64,000 bases of DNA from a virus. Positions 40,157 to 49,554 of the stretch are shown here, piece by piece. Below the pieces are notes generated by a model. It worked only from the letters and a program-made list of their open reading frames with translations. It had not been told where the DNA came from and searched no databases. The position numbers were made by a program, and so were the translations under genes. The stretch is taken from the IMG/VR virus record IMGVR_UViG_3300027704_000008, positions 32,001-96,000 of that record. The stretch is one strand, 5' to 3'. Positions within the stretch are counted from its first letter, which is position 1, and each line of letters opens with the position of its first letter.

Positions 40157-40214
40157 ATCGATACATGGTTGATTAAGAGCAACACATTATAATAATAATA
40201 GTTGCCTTAGGATT

Positions 40215-40238
40215 GCCCTCTTCGGAGGGCTTTTTTTT
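40215..40238 (+). terminator. intrinsic terminator after gp23
   Basis: GCCCTC-TTCG-GAGGGC-T8 (cUUCGg loop). Confidence 0.9.
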
Positions 40239-40317
40239 GTTCCGGGCAACGGCAAGAAGGTGCTAGATTTTGATGGATTATTACCCCCAATCCATGGTGT
40301 ATTTTACACCACAACTT

Positions 40318-40325
40318 TATAAGTA
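40318..40325 (+). promoter_or_regulatory. variant late promoter for the porin gene
   Basis: TATAAGTA, one mismatch to TATAAATA. Confidence 0.5.
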
Positions 40326-40392
40326 TACTTACTGTCTCTGAATGCATGCGAGACAATTCTAACACAACCCATTCCCAAAACAGGAAAACATT

Positions 40393-41100
40393 ATGAAGAA
40401 AACTTTAATCTGTGCATCGGTAGCAGCAGCCTTATTTGCCGGCAACGCATTTGCTTCCGACTTATCCCTTGATGGGTCTATGGCTGTAACATCTGACTAT
40501 CGCTTCCGCGGAATCAGTCAATCTAACGATGACGTTGCAGTGCAAGGTTCTATTAACCTTAACCATGTATCTGGTCTACACGCTGGCGTTTGGGGTTCTT
40601 CTATTGACTTCAATGAAGTTGGTAATGAAGATGCTACTCTTGAACTCGACTACACTGCTGGATATGTTTTTGAAGTATCTACTGTTGCCATCGATCTGGG
40701 TTATATCTACTATACTTATCCTAATGACGGTAGTAATGACAACAACGATTATGGTGAAGTTTATGCCGCTGCTGATTGGAACGGCTTTGATGTGGGTGTC
40801 AACTGGACTGACGATGGATATGGTAAGAGTGGAAAAGCTACATATGTCCATGGCGGATATAGTTATGACTTTGGTGTTGTAACTTTGGGAGCTGAAGTTG
40901 GTGAAACCTTCTTAGATACGGCTACATTCGCTAATGGTGATGACAAGTATTTCAACTTTGAAGTATCGGCTACGGTAACTTTGCTCGAAAAGTTAGATGT
41001 GGAAGTCGCTTATGTTGGTACTGACTTGAGCAAGAATGATATTGGTGGGCTGGACTGGGCACAAAACGCTGCGGTAGCCACTATTACTCTTAATCTGTAA
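40393..41100 (+). CDS. TorF / Gcw_chp (TIGR02001-like) putative outer-membrane porin
   Basis: Sec signal MKKTLICASVAAALFAGNAFA; SDYRFRGISQS...AVQG......SG..AGVWGS, E.DY.AGY, D.GYIYY.YP, YGE.Y motifs. Confidence 0.85.
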   Translation: MKKTLICASVAAALFAGNAFASDLSLDGSMAVTSDYRFRGISQSNDDVAVQGSINLNHVSGLHAGVWGSSIDFNEVGNEDATLELDYTAGYVFEVSTVAIDLGYIYYTYPNDGSNDNNDYGEVYAAADWNGFDVGVNWTDDGYGKSGKATYVHGGYSYDFGVVTLGAEVGETFLDTATFANGDDKYFNFEVSATVTLLEKLDVEVAYVGTDLSKNDIGGLDWAQNAAVATITLNL

Positions 41101-41123
41101 CAGCTAATACATCATCTGTATCC

Positions 41124-41147
41124 AAGGCCCGAGAGGGCCTTTTTTTT
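41124..41147 (+). terminator. intrinsic terminator after the porin gene
   Basis: AAGGCCC-GAGA-GGGCC-T8 (GNRA loop). Confidence 0.88.
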
Positions 41148-41151
41148 GACT

Positions 41152-41191
41152 TATAAATAGTGTTGACAACATATAGGATTTATAGGATAAT
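41152..41191 (+). promoter_or_regulatory. tandem late and sigma70 promoters for gp3-uvsY-uvsW-gp55
   Basis: TATAAATA at 41152-41159; TTGACA(41163)-17 nt-GATAAT(41186). Confidence 0.65.
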
Positions 41192-41196
41192 ACACC

Positions 41197-41697
41197 ATGG
41201 CTTCCACCTTTAACGACATCAGCTTGTTCCAGCCCACAGGCTTCCAGATTAGCATTGAACGGGCAAACTTCTCAGCTATTACTTTTTTTGCGCAGCAAGT
41301 GATGCACCCCAGTATGGCGACCACCTCAGCCGAGTTAAGTTCGCCTCGGTTGCAGAGCATACCAATGCCGGCAGATACGGTTGTTTTTGGTGAGCTTAGT
41401 ATTAATGCAGTACTTGATGAGAACTTCAAAGCATACAAGGAAATATACACATGGATGCTTAAACTGGTCAATAGTAACTTTTTACCGGCTGGTTCTAGGA
41501 CAGCTACAGAACCACCAAGTCATTGTGATATTACAGTTATAGCACTGACTAGCGCCAACAACCCCAACATCACAATTAAATATAGGGACTGTGTACCCAC
41601 AAGTGTGGGCGACATAACTTTCGATTCAACAATGTCGGATGTTACCGTCATATCCTTCCCCACGACGTTTAAATTTTCACACTTCGAAGTCATATAA
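41197..41697 (+). CDS. gp3 tail completion / sheath stabiliser
   Basis: QPTGF, FF.Q.V..P, F.EL.....LDE....Y.E...W, F..TF.F. Confidence 0.85.
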   Translation: MASTFNDISLFQPTGFQISIERANFSAITFFAQQVMHPSMATTSAELSSPRLQSIPMPADTVVFGELSINAVLDENFKAYKEIYTWMLKLVNSNFLPAGSRTATEPPSHCDITVIALTSANNPNITIKYRDCVPTSVGDITFDSTMSDVTVISFPTTFKFSHFEVI

Positions 41698-41716
41698 CTG
41701 AGGAAACGCTTATATC

Positions 41717-42160
41717 ATGGATATTGATGTTATTATGGAACAGTGGAAGAACGATTGTGTAATTGATCCTTACAAACTCGACGACACATCTCGTAACACA
41801 CCGATGCTTCACGCGAAGTATCTCCATCTCCTTTCTAAAGCTAAATTGCGGCACAAAAACTGCCAACTGCAGCAGAAGACTCTATTGCTAAAGAAATGGA
41901 AATATTACAACGGAAAAATGGATGAGGATGAGATTGTATCTACCGGTTGGGAACTGGATCCTTTGAATGGTCTCAAGGTGCTTAAAGGTGATATGGACCT
42001 ATACTATGATAGCGATAAAGAAATTCAAGGGAGTGAAGCTGATATCGCATACTATAAAATGATGATAGATACATTAACGGATATAGTAGATAGCCTCAAA
42101 TGGCGACATCAAACAATTGGCAACATGATTAAATGGAAGCAATTTGAAGCTGGTGGATAA
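41717..42160 (+). CDS. uvsY: UvsY recombination mediator
   Basis: W..D..ID...LD..S...P.LHAKY, YY.GK, VLK.D...Y..SD, R...I.N.I.W..F..G. Confidence 0.9.
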   Translation: MDIDVIMEQWKNDCVIDPYKLDDTSRNTPMLHAKYLHLLSKAKLRHKNCQLQQKTLLLKKWKYYNGKMDEDEIVSTGWELDPLNGLKVLKGDMDLYYDSDKEIQGSEADIAYYKMMIDTLTDIVDSLKWRHQTIGNMIKWKQFEAGG

Positions 42161-43628
42161 TCAAATAAAAATTACCATGCTGAACCATAGCACCATGCAT
42201 GTGGACGCTGATCGTGGTATCCAACAGGAGTTATCAGAGCATTTCTCATTCTTTGTGGAGGGGTATAAATTTATGCCAACATACCGCAATAGAGTTTGGG
42301 ATGGCAAGATCCGTCTGTTTAATCTTCTGACCAGTGAGTTGCCAGTTGGTTTATATCTCGACGTAGCTAAATTAGCCCAGACACGTGGATACCCGATTAT
42401 ATTGGTTGATACAGTATATGGTATGCCCCTACGCAGAGACTTCGTAGACGCTGAGACGGTTACCGACTTTACAAGGAGCATAGACCTACCTTACCCTGCC
42501 TATGACTATCAGCTCGCCGCTATACATCATATAGCGATGTTTAAACGCGGTATTCTACTATCACCTACAGGTTCCGGTAAGTCGCTGATGATATATGCCT
42601 TGATGAGATGGTACATGAAACACGAGACCGGGGATATTCTTATAGTCGTTCCCACTACAGGTCTTGTTGAGCAAATGCAGGGTGACTTCGAGGACTATGG
42701 ATTCAGTAGAGATAACATCCATACGATATACTCCGGTAAAGATAAAAATACAGATAAACGAATTATCCTGTCAACATGGCAAAGCATATACAAGCTAAGC
42801 CCCGTTTGGTTCAAAAGGTTTGGGTGTATCTTTGGTGATGAGTGTCACGGATTTGCAGCTAAGTCTCTATCGAGCATAATGAATAAAAGCCACAACGCTC
42901 AATATCGTATCGGTACCACCGGAACGTTGGATGGTACCAAGACTCACGAGATGGTGCTCAAAGCACTATATGGTCCGGTTATGAATGTGACCACAACTAA
43001 GAAACTGCAAGATCAAGGCACCTTGGCGGCTCTAGACATTGATATCATCCAGCTACACTATCCCAAGCATGTGCGGGAGAGTTGGGGCAAAAAGAAGTAT
43101 CAGGATGAGATCAAGTTTATTACTCAATATGACCCCCGCAACAAGTTTATATCTAACTTATCGGTTGGACTAAAAGGAAACACCCTTGTACTGTTTCGAC
43201 TGGTTGATCATGGTAAGGTTTTGTTTGACCTCACTAAGCCCCTAATTGATCCTAACCGCAAAATGTATTACATCCATGGTGGTGTAGGAACAAGCGATAG
43301 AGATGCTGTGCGACACATTGTTGAGAAGCAGGACGACGCGATCATATATGCATCCATGGGCACCTTTAGTACAGGTATAAATATACGCAACATACATAAC
43401 ATTGTCTTTGCTTCTCCATCCAAGGGACAAATTAAGGTACTGCAATCAATTGGGAGGGGACTGAGATTAGCCGATAACGGTACAACCACCAAGTTGTACG
43501 ATATTGTTGACGATGCCCGCCATATGGGGTATAATAACTTTGCAGTTAAGCATAGCGGAGTTAGAATAAAGATTTATGAGAATCAACTGTTCAAATTCAA
43601 ATTACATGGAGTAGATCTGTATGAATAA
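42144..43628 (+). CDS. uvsW: UvsW SF2 helicase
   Basis: WDGKIRLF, SPTGSGKS, GDECH, GTTGT, STGINI, QSIGRGLR. Confidence 0.95.
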   Translation: MKLVDNQIKITMLNHSTMHVDADRGIQQELSEHFSFFVEGYKFMPTYRNRVWDGKIRLFNLLTSELPVGLYLDVAKLAQTRGYPIILVDTVYGMPLRRDFVDAETVTDFTRSIDLPYPAYDYQLAAIHHIAMFKRGILLSPTGSGKSLMIYALMRWYMKHETGDILIVVPTTGLVEQMQGDFEDYGFSRDNIHTIYSGKDKNTDKRIILSTWQSIYKLSPVWFKRFGCIFGDECHGFAAKSLSSIMNKSHNAQYRIGTTGTLDGTKTHEMVLKALYGPVMNVTTTKKLQDQGTLAALDIDIIQLHYPKHVRESWGKKKYQDEIKFITQYDPRNKFISNLSVGLKGNTLVLFRLVDHGKVLFDLTKPLIDPNRKMYYIHGGVGTSDRDAVRHIVEKQDDAIIYASMGTFSTGINIRNIHNIVFASPSKGQIKVLQSIGRGLRLADNGTTTKLYDIVDDARHMGYNNFAVKHSGVRIKIYENQLFKFKLHGVDLYE

Positions 43629-44082
43629 GCTAAAGCAGTACAAACTATCATCCGGTGATGAGATCATATGTGATGTGGTAGATTTCACGGACGATGGTAT
43701 TGTTGCTAGGAGGGTGATACAGATTGATACAATGATACTGGAGGATGGTGTCAGGGCATATGTCATGCGCCCCTGGATGCTATATCAAGACGGAATTGAT
43801 CAATATACTATTATTAATAACGATTGCGTAGCAGCTAGCGCAGTTCCCACCGGTGGTATAATACATCAATACTATACCACCCTGCTGACCACTCTCGAGA
43901 CCTATCACGATCGCGAGACTCACGGGGATATTACGGATAGTGAGTTGCAGGACCTATTGACTGATATAGAATACAACAATCATCACTATGAGACATATGC
44001 GCCACACGATGAACCCCTCGAGGCAGACTCCGATCAACCGAAACGCGGAAACGTACTGTACCTAGATCCAATTATACATTAA
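43621..44082 (+). CDS. conserved hypothetical protein between uvsW and gp55
   Basis: KL.SG.EII..V and .PWM motifs, conserved at this position in T4-like phages. Confidence 0.7.
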   Translation: MNKLKQYKLSSGDEIICDVVDFTDDGIVARRVIQIDTMILEDGVRAYVMRPWMLYQDGIDQYTIINNDCVAASAVPTGGIIHQYYTTLLTTLETYHDRETHGDITDSELQDLLTDIEYNNHHYETYAPHDEPLEADSDQPKRGNVLYLDPIIH

Positions 44083-44117
44083 TCATACCTCTACGGAGCT
44101 TCCCAAACTGCAGGTTT

Positions 44118-44146
44118 ATTATACACTATTTTCAAATAATGTCAAC
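44118..44146 (-). promoter_or_regulatory. antisense sigma70-type promoter
   Basis: Minus strand GTTGACA(44146-44140)-16 nt-TATAAT(44123-44118). Confidence 0.6.
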
Positions 44147-44164
44147 ATCAAACAGGAATATATT

Positions 44165-44770
44165 ATGAGCACGCCCAAAGTAAAACCTAAAGACAAGCCA
44201 CACTATGTCAACAATGCACAGTTCAGTGCGGCAGTTGTTGAGTATGTGGCTTCAGCGAATGAGCAGATAGATCAAGATCTCCCAGCTCCTATGATCCCAA
44301 ATTATATCGCTGAATGTTTTCTTAAAATAGCCGAGGGGCTTTCGCATAAGTCTAACTTTGTTCGTTACACATATCGAGAAGAGATGGTGATGGATGCCGT
44401 TGAGAACTGCTTAAAGGCTATCAAGAATTACAACATTGAAGCCGCTACACGAACAGGCAAGCCAAACGCGTTCTCATACTTCACACAGATATCTTGGTTT
44501 GCTTTCCTTCGTCGCATTAAAAAAGAGAAGGATCAGCAAGAAATCAAGCTGAAGTATATGGCTAGCACAGGTTATGAGGAATACATTAGTGATGGAGGTG
44601 AACTTGCCAACGGCCATGTTGCAACCGCCGCATTCGTTGATCAGCTCAAGGATCGTATAGATCAAATCAAGGCTGTTGATATAGGTGTTAAGCACACACC
44701 TCATCCAGCCCCAAGGAAACGCCGAGCAAGAAAAGTAGACAGTGATTTATCTGATTTTATTGTTGACTAA
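44165..44770 (+). CDS. gp55 late-transcription sigma factor
   Basis: HYVNN..F, YI.ECFLKIA..LS...NF..YTYREEM..D..ENC, NAFSYFTQI...AFLRRI.KEK; clamp-binding-like LSDF end. Confidence 0.95.
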   Translation: MSTPKVKPKDKPHYVNNAQFSAAVVEYVASANEQIDQDLPAPMIPNYIAECFLKIAEGLSHKSNFVRYTYREEMVMDAVENCLKAIKNYNIEAATRTGKPNAFSYFTQISWFAFLRRIKKEKDQQEIKLKYMASTGYEEYISDGGELANGHVATAAFVDQLKDRIDQIKAVDIGVKHTPHPAPRKRRARKVDSDLSDFIVD

Positions 44771-44791
44771 ATCCCCATATACAAGTATAAT
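44762..44791 (+). promoter_or_regulatory. sigma70-type promoter for the gp47 operon
   Basis: GTTGACT-17 nt-TATAAT. Confidence 0.8.
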
Positions 44792-44807
44792 ATCTTATTA
44801 ATTGAAC

Positions 44808-44832
44808 TACCTGATCACACACTGATCAGGTA
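44808..44832. repeat. 10-bp inverted repeat in the gp47 leader
   Basis: TACCTGATCA-CACAC-TGATCAGGTA. Confidence 0.75.
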
Positions 44833-44863
44833 CTACCCTTTATTATATTGAGAGGATAAGATC

Positions 44864-45940
44864 ATACGTATAGCAATCTTAAACGATACACATGCCGGAG
44901 TAAGAAACTCTTCCGAAATCTTTATCGAGTACCAGCGCCGCTTCTATGAAGAGGTATTCTTCCCATACTGTAACGATAATGGAATCAAGCAGATTATTCA
45001 TCTGGGCGACTATTATGAAAACCGCAAGTTTATAAACTTCAAAGCCTTAAAAGCCAATCGCATGATGTTCCTTGAAAGGTTAAGGGAGTATGGTATCACG
45101 ATGGATATCATTGCGGGAAACCATGACTTATTCTGGAAAAACTCTTCTGAGTTGTGTGCTCTCAATGAGCTGCTTGGGCATTATATGAATGAGGTTAACA
45201 TTATCCATAAACCTACCATAATGGATTACGATGGGATGAAGATGGGTCTTGTTCCATGGATCAACGCCAACAACCAAGAAACTTCTTTTAACTTCTTAGA
45301 TAATTGTAAAGCTGATATCATAGGAGCTCATCTTGAGCTAGCTGGCTTTGATGTTACTCCTGGTAGGCCAATGGCTCATGGTATGGGAATAGAGCACTTT
45401 CAAAGGTTTGAAATGGTACTGTCGGGCCACTATCACACAAAAAGTTCTCAGAATGGTATTTATTATCTCGGAAGCCAGATGGAGTTTTTTTGGAATGATG
45501 CCCATGATCCTAAGTACTTTCATGTATTAGATACTGCTACTCGTAAACTGGAACACGTTCTTAATCCTATAACACTGTTTGAGAAGATATATTACGATGA
45601 TAGTCAACTGGCGCTAGAACCAGCAAAGTATTTCAACTGTCCACTCGATCATCTTGACCAAAAATTCGTAAAGATTATTGTTACCAAGAAAACAAATCCA
45701 TATATGTTCGACCAGTTCATTGATCGCATTCAAAACCGATCTATATATGAGTTGAAAATTGCTGAGGACTTCGCTGAGTTTAGAGGAACGGCTGTAGATG
45801 ACGACGACGTCTTGATAGAAGATACATCCTCACTATTAAATAGCTACATCGATTCAGTTGATACCAAACTGGATAAAGAACACATCAAACAACAAGTGCA
45901 CGAACTAATGATTGAAGCCCAGAGCTTAGAAGTATCATAG
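44864..45940 (+). CDS. gp47 recombination nuclease (Mre11/SbcD-like), ATA start
   Basis: Frame extends 66 codons upstream of the tracked ORF to RIAILNDTHAGVRN..HLGD..R; GNHD and SGHYH follow; GAGGA SD 7 nt before ATA; TGA at 44849. Confidence 0.88.
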   Translation: MRIAILNDTHAGVRNSSEIFIEYQRRFYEEVFFPYCNDNGIKQIIHLGDYYENRKFINFKALKANRMMFLERLREYGITMDIIAGNHDLFWKNSSELCALNELLGHYMNEVNIIHKPTIMDYDGMKMGLVPWINANNQETSFNFLDNCKADIIGAHLELAGFDVTPGRPMAHGMGIEHFQRFEMVLSGHYHTKSSQNGIYYLGSQMEFFWNDAHDPKYFHVLDTATRKLEHVLNPITLFEKIYYDDSQLALEPAKYFNCPLDHLDQKFVKIIVTKKTNPYMFDQFIDRIQNRSIYELKIAEDFAEFRGTAVDDDDVLIEDTSSLLNSYIDSVDTKLDKEHIKQQVHELMIEAQSLEVS

Positions 45941-47656
45941 ATGATAACATTTGAAAAATTAAGATATCGAAATTTCTTGTCGACAGGTGACGCTTGGAAC
46001 GAGATTAATTTTACTGCCCATAAGACCACGCTGGTGGTTGGTCATAATGGGTCTGGCAAGTCTACAATGCTGGACGCTTTATCGTTTGCTTTATTTGGTA
46101 AGGCACACCGCAATATCAAAAAGGCCCAGCTGGTTAATAGTATCAATAAGAAGGGCACTGTAGTAGAAGTCGAGTTTAAAGTGCATGGGTCTCACTTTCG
46201 AATTCATAGGTCTATTAAACCTAATGCATTTGAGATTTGGAAAGATGATACAATGATCAATCAGGATTCACACGCAAAAGAATATCAAAAAATTCTTGAG
46301 CAAAATATTATTAAGCTCAACCACAAGAGCTTCCACCAGATCGTTGTATTGGGGTCATCCTCATTTGTTCCATTCATGCAGCTAAACAGCTCTAACCGGA
46401 GCGAGGTGATACAAGAGCTGTTGGACATTGGTGTGTTTAGTTCAATGTACCTTATCTTGCGGGAAAAGACCGGCCTTCTAAAAGAAAAGATAAGACAAAA
46501 TGATTATAACATTGATATACTTGAAACAAAGATCGACGCGGCAGTGGATAACATTAGTAAGATCAAACTGATTGGACAAGAGCAGAAGCAATCTAAACAA
46601 GTTCAGATAGATGATTGGAAAGTTAAGATCGATGACCTGCAAGTAGAAAACAATTCATTGCAGGTGGCTGTTGCCTCTGTGCAGGGAGCTGCAACAATGA
46701 GCCAAATTAAGTTTCAGGATCAAATGGCTGGTTATAAGAAGTTCCAGCAACAGTTCTCGCTGGAGATTGCAACTCTCGAAAAGAGCTCTCTATTTTATGA
46801 AGAACATGATGAGTGTCCGACGTGCTCTCAATCAATTGGACCGAAGCTTAAAGAAAAGAAACAACTAGCGGCTTTGGAACGCGATGCTGATCTAAATCGG
46901 GGTATAGTAGAGTTGGATGAAGCTATGAATGTGGCCGGCGCATCACTCATAGAGGCCCAATTATTACTCAAGACGGTTACTGATAACCTGGGAACTATAC
47001 AGCAGAATAACGCAAGTATAGGTCATCTAAACACCAATGTTGCTTCAGCTATGACAGAAATATCTAACATCGGTAAGGGAGCCGGAGATCTCACTGCTGC
47101 CAATAATAATAGGAACGCGCTAACAGAAGAGTTATCTACACTAGAGACAGCCCGCGGGGAGATGAGCTATCAGGCTTTATATAATCGTGTTATAGCCGAG
47201 TTACTAAAGGACACTGGTATCCGCACCAAGATAATTAAGCAATATCTTCCGGTCATTAATCAAGTTGTTAATCAGTACCTACAGACTCTCGACTTCTTCG
47301 TTAGCTTCAACCTTGACGAGAATTTCCAAGAAACTATTCGATCTCGCCACAGGGATGATTTCACATATGACTCGTTTTCAGAAGGGGAGAAGCAACGAAT
47401 CGATTTGGCGTTGTTGTTCACATGGAGGATGATTGCCAAGATGAAGAACAGTGTTAGCACAAACCTTTTGTTATTGGACGAGACATTCGATTCATCTTTA
47501 GACGACGATGGTGTTGACAATCTAATGAAGATACTGTATACTTTTGACACAGATACGAATGTGTTCGTCATAAGTCATAAGGGCGAACTACTTGATGGCA
47601 AGTTCGATAGCAAGATAGAGTTCCATAAACACAAAAACTTTAGTAAAATGAAATAG
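45941..47656 (+). CDS. gp46 recombination ATPase (Rad50/SbcC-like)
   Basis: GHNGSGKS, CPTC zinc hook, FSEGEK.RIDLA, LDE.FD, ISH. Confidence 0.95.
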   Translation: MITFEKLRYRNFLSTGDAWNEINFTAHKTTLVVGHNGSGKSTMLDALSFALFGKAHRNIKKAQLVNSINKKGTVVEVEFKVHGSHFRIHRSIKPNAFEIWKDDTMINQDSHAKEYQKILEQNIIKLNHKSFHQIVVLGSSSFVPFMQLNSSNRSEVIQELLDIGVFSSMYLILREKTGLLKEKIRQNDYNIDILETKIDAAVDNISKIKLIGQEQKQSKQVQIDDWKVKIDDLQVENNSLQVAVASVQGAATMSQIKFQDQMAGYKKFQQQFSLEIATLEKSSLFYEEHDECPTCSQSIGPKLKEKKQLAALERDADLNRGIVELDEAMNVAGASLIEAQLLLKTVTDNLGTIQQNNASIGHLNTNVASAMTEISNIGKGAGDLTAANNNRNALTEELSTLETARGEMSYQALYNRVIAELLKDTGIRTKIIKQYLPVINQVVNQYLQTLDFFVSFNLDENFQETIRSRHRDDFTYDSFSEGEKQRIDLALLFTWRMIAKMKNSVSTNLLLLDETFDSSLDDDGVDNLMKILYTFDTDTNVFVISHKGELLDGKFDSKIEFHKHKNFSKMK

Positions 47657-47663
47657 GTATATT

Positions 47664-48338
47664 ATGCAATTATCATCTGAAACAATTACAGTGCTAAAAA
47701 ACATGGCCAATATTAATCCTAATATTGTTATTCAACCTGGATCTAAACTAACCACAATAGGTGAGTCTCGAACAGTGTTCGCTACCGCCACCGTTCAGGA
47801 AGCATTTCCCATTCAAATGGGCATCTACGATCTCGATGAATTTCTTCGGGCAGTTGCTTTGGTTGATAAGGCAGATCTAACATTTAATGATAAGTATGTT
47901 CAGATAAGTGACCAGAGTAACAGAGCCTCTATTAAGTATTTCTATAGCAGTCCTGATATTTTAACTAGTCCAAAGAAAGACATTGTTATGCCACATGCGG
48001 AAGTTACATTCACTGTCGATAACGACACCATGAATAATGTAATCAAAGCTGCCGGAGTATTTGGACATGATATGTTCACTGTCACTGCAAATAATGGTAC
48101 GTTGAGTCTAGGCGTTGTCGATCCTGAAGACAGCACCTCAAATGCATACTCCATCGACATCGATGGAGAATTCGAAACAGAGGACTTTAAGTTCATTATA
48201 CGTATATCAAACCTTAAAATGTTGCCAGGCACATATGAGGTCAAGTTGTCATCCAAGGAAATATCTCAGTTCACCAACGTTGAAAAAGATATTACTTACT
48301 GGGTGGCTTTAGAAAAGAATTCACAGTATGGTGGATAA
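47664..48338 (+). CDS. gp45 sliding clamp
   Basis: M.LS..T..VLKN...IN, IYDL.EFL, NLKM.PG.Y, YWVALE. Confidence 0.93.
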   Translation: MQLSSETITVLKNMANINPNIVIQPGSKLTTIGESRTVFATATVQEAFPIQMGIYDLDEFLRAVALVDKADLTFNDKYVQISDQSNRASIKYFYSSPDILTSPKKDIVMPHAEVTFTVDNDTMNNVIKAAGVFGHDMFTVTANNGTLSLGVVDPEDSTSNAYSIDIDGEFETEDFKFIIRISNLKMLPGTYEVKLSSKEISQFTNVEKDITYWVALEKNSQYGG

Positions 48339-48367
48339 ATTAACCAACAATATTATGGAGGCATATT

Positions 48368-48589
48368 ATGTCTAAAGAAGAAGCATTGCAAAAACAAGAA
48401 GCCAACGACACAACTCACGATGCGGTATATGAGTTGTCTAATCGTTCTGGACGCAGCATGATTGCTGTAATTGATACTATCACAGCCCGTGGCGGATTCC
48501 GTGGAGAAGAGTTATCAACCATCGGTCAGTTACGTGACCAGGCATCACAGTTGGTGCAGATGTCTGAGGAATACCATAGCAAAGGTTGA
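48368..48589 (+). CDS. conserved small protein between gp45 and gp44
   Basis: ID....RG.FRGEEL..IG.L motif; GGAGG SD. Confidence 0.75.
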   Translation: MSKEEALQKQEANDTTHDAVYELSNRSGRSMIAVIDTITARGGFRGEELSTIGQLRDQASQLVQMSEEYHSKG

Positions 48590-48618
48590 TTGAGAATACA
48601 TATATTATGGAGAAGTGA

Positions 48619-49554
48619 ATGTCAAAAGACTTTTTATGGACGGAAAAATTTAGACCGCACACAATTGAGGATACGATACTTCCGGATAATCTTAAACAGG
48701 TTTTTCAGAAGATAGTTGACTCAGGGGAAATTCCTAACATGCTGTTATCCGGAACAGCTGGGCTAGGTAAGACAACCGTTGCTAGGGCTCTATGTGATCA
48801 ACTCGACTTAGACTACATCGTGGTCAACGGATCAGAGGAGGGAAACATAGAGACCTTGCGGGGCAAGATCAAGCAGTTTGCATCGTCAGTTAGCTTGCAT
48901 GGGGGGTACAAGGTTGTTATTCTCGATGAGGCCGACTATCTTAATCCTCAATCGACTCAACCAGCACTCCGTGGGTTCATAGAGCAGTTCAGCGACAACT
49001 GTAGATTTATCTTAACTTGCAACCTCAAAAACAGAATCATTGAACCTCTACACTCCCGGTGTGGGGTATATGAGTTTAATACTCCCCGTAAGGACATGGG
49101 ACAGTTGTGCGCTCAGTTTATGAGACGGTTAGAGTGGATCCTGGGGGAAGAAGGAGTTTCCTACGACCGATCTGTTGTTGCTAATATGATCCAGACACAT
49201 GCCCCCGACTGGAGGCGAATTGTGGTTGAGTGTCAACGTCATAGTACTGTTGGTCTTAGTGACGATAGGGTTGTTATAAGCAACAATACAACCTATGACG
49301 TTTTGTTTGATCACCTTAAAGATAAGCAGTTCGCTAAGATGAGACAGTGGGTGGTTAATAACATCGATGTCGATACATCCACCATCTTTCGTGGCATATA
49401 TGACCGAATGATGGATAGCGTTGAGCCGAATAGCGTTCCTCAGGTAGTTCTTATTCTAGCAGACTACCAATACAAGGCTGCATTCGTGGCTGATGCTGAA
49501 CTCAATACCGTTGCTTGTTTAACTGAGCTGATGGTTAATGTGGAGTTCAAATGA
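48619..49554 (+). CDS. gp44 clamp loader large subunit
   Basis: LW.EK.RP, G.AGLGKTT, ILDEAD, SRC. Confidence 0.95.
   Translation: MSKDFLWTEKFRPHTIEDTILPDNLKQVFQKIVDSGEIPNMLLSGTAGLGKTTVARALCDQLDLDYIVVNGSEEGNIETLRGKIKQFASSVSLHGGYKVVILDEADYLNPQSTQPALRGFIEQFSDNCRFILTCNLKNRIIEPLHSRCGVYEFNTPRKDMGQLCAQFMRRLEWILGEEGVSYDRSVVANMIQTHAPDWRRIVVECQRHSTVGLSDDRVVISNNTTYDVLFDHLKDKQFAKMRQWVVNNIDVDTSTIFRGIYDRMMDSVEPNSVPQVVLILADYQYKAAFVADAELNTVACLTELMVNVEFK

Noticed and set aside
40244-40265. Possible sigma54 promoter upstream of the porin (GGCAAGAAGGTGC)
   Set aside because: GG-to-GC spacing is 9 nt rather than the required 10
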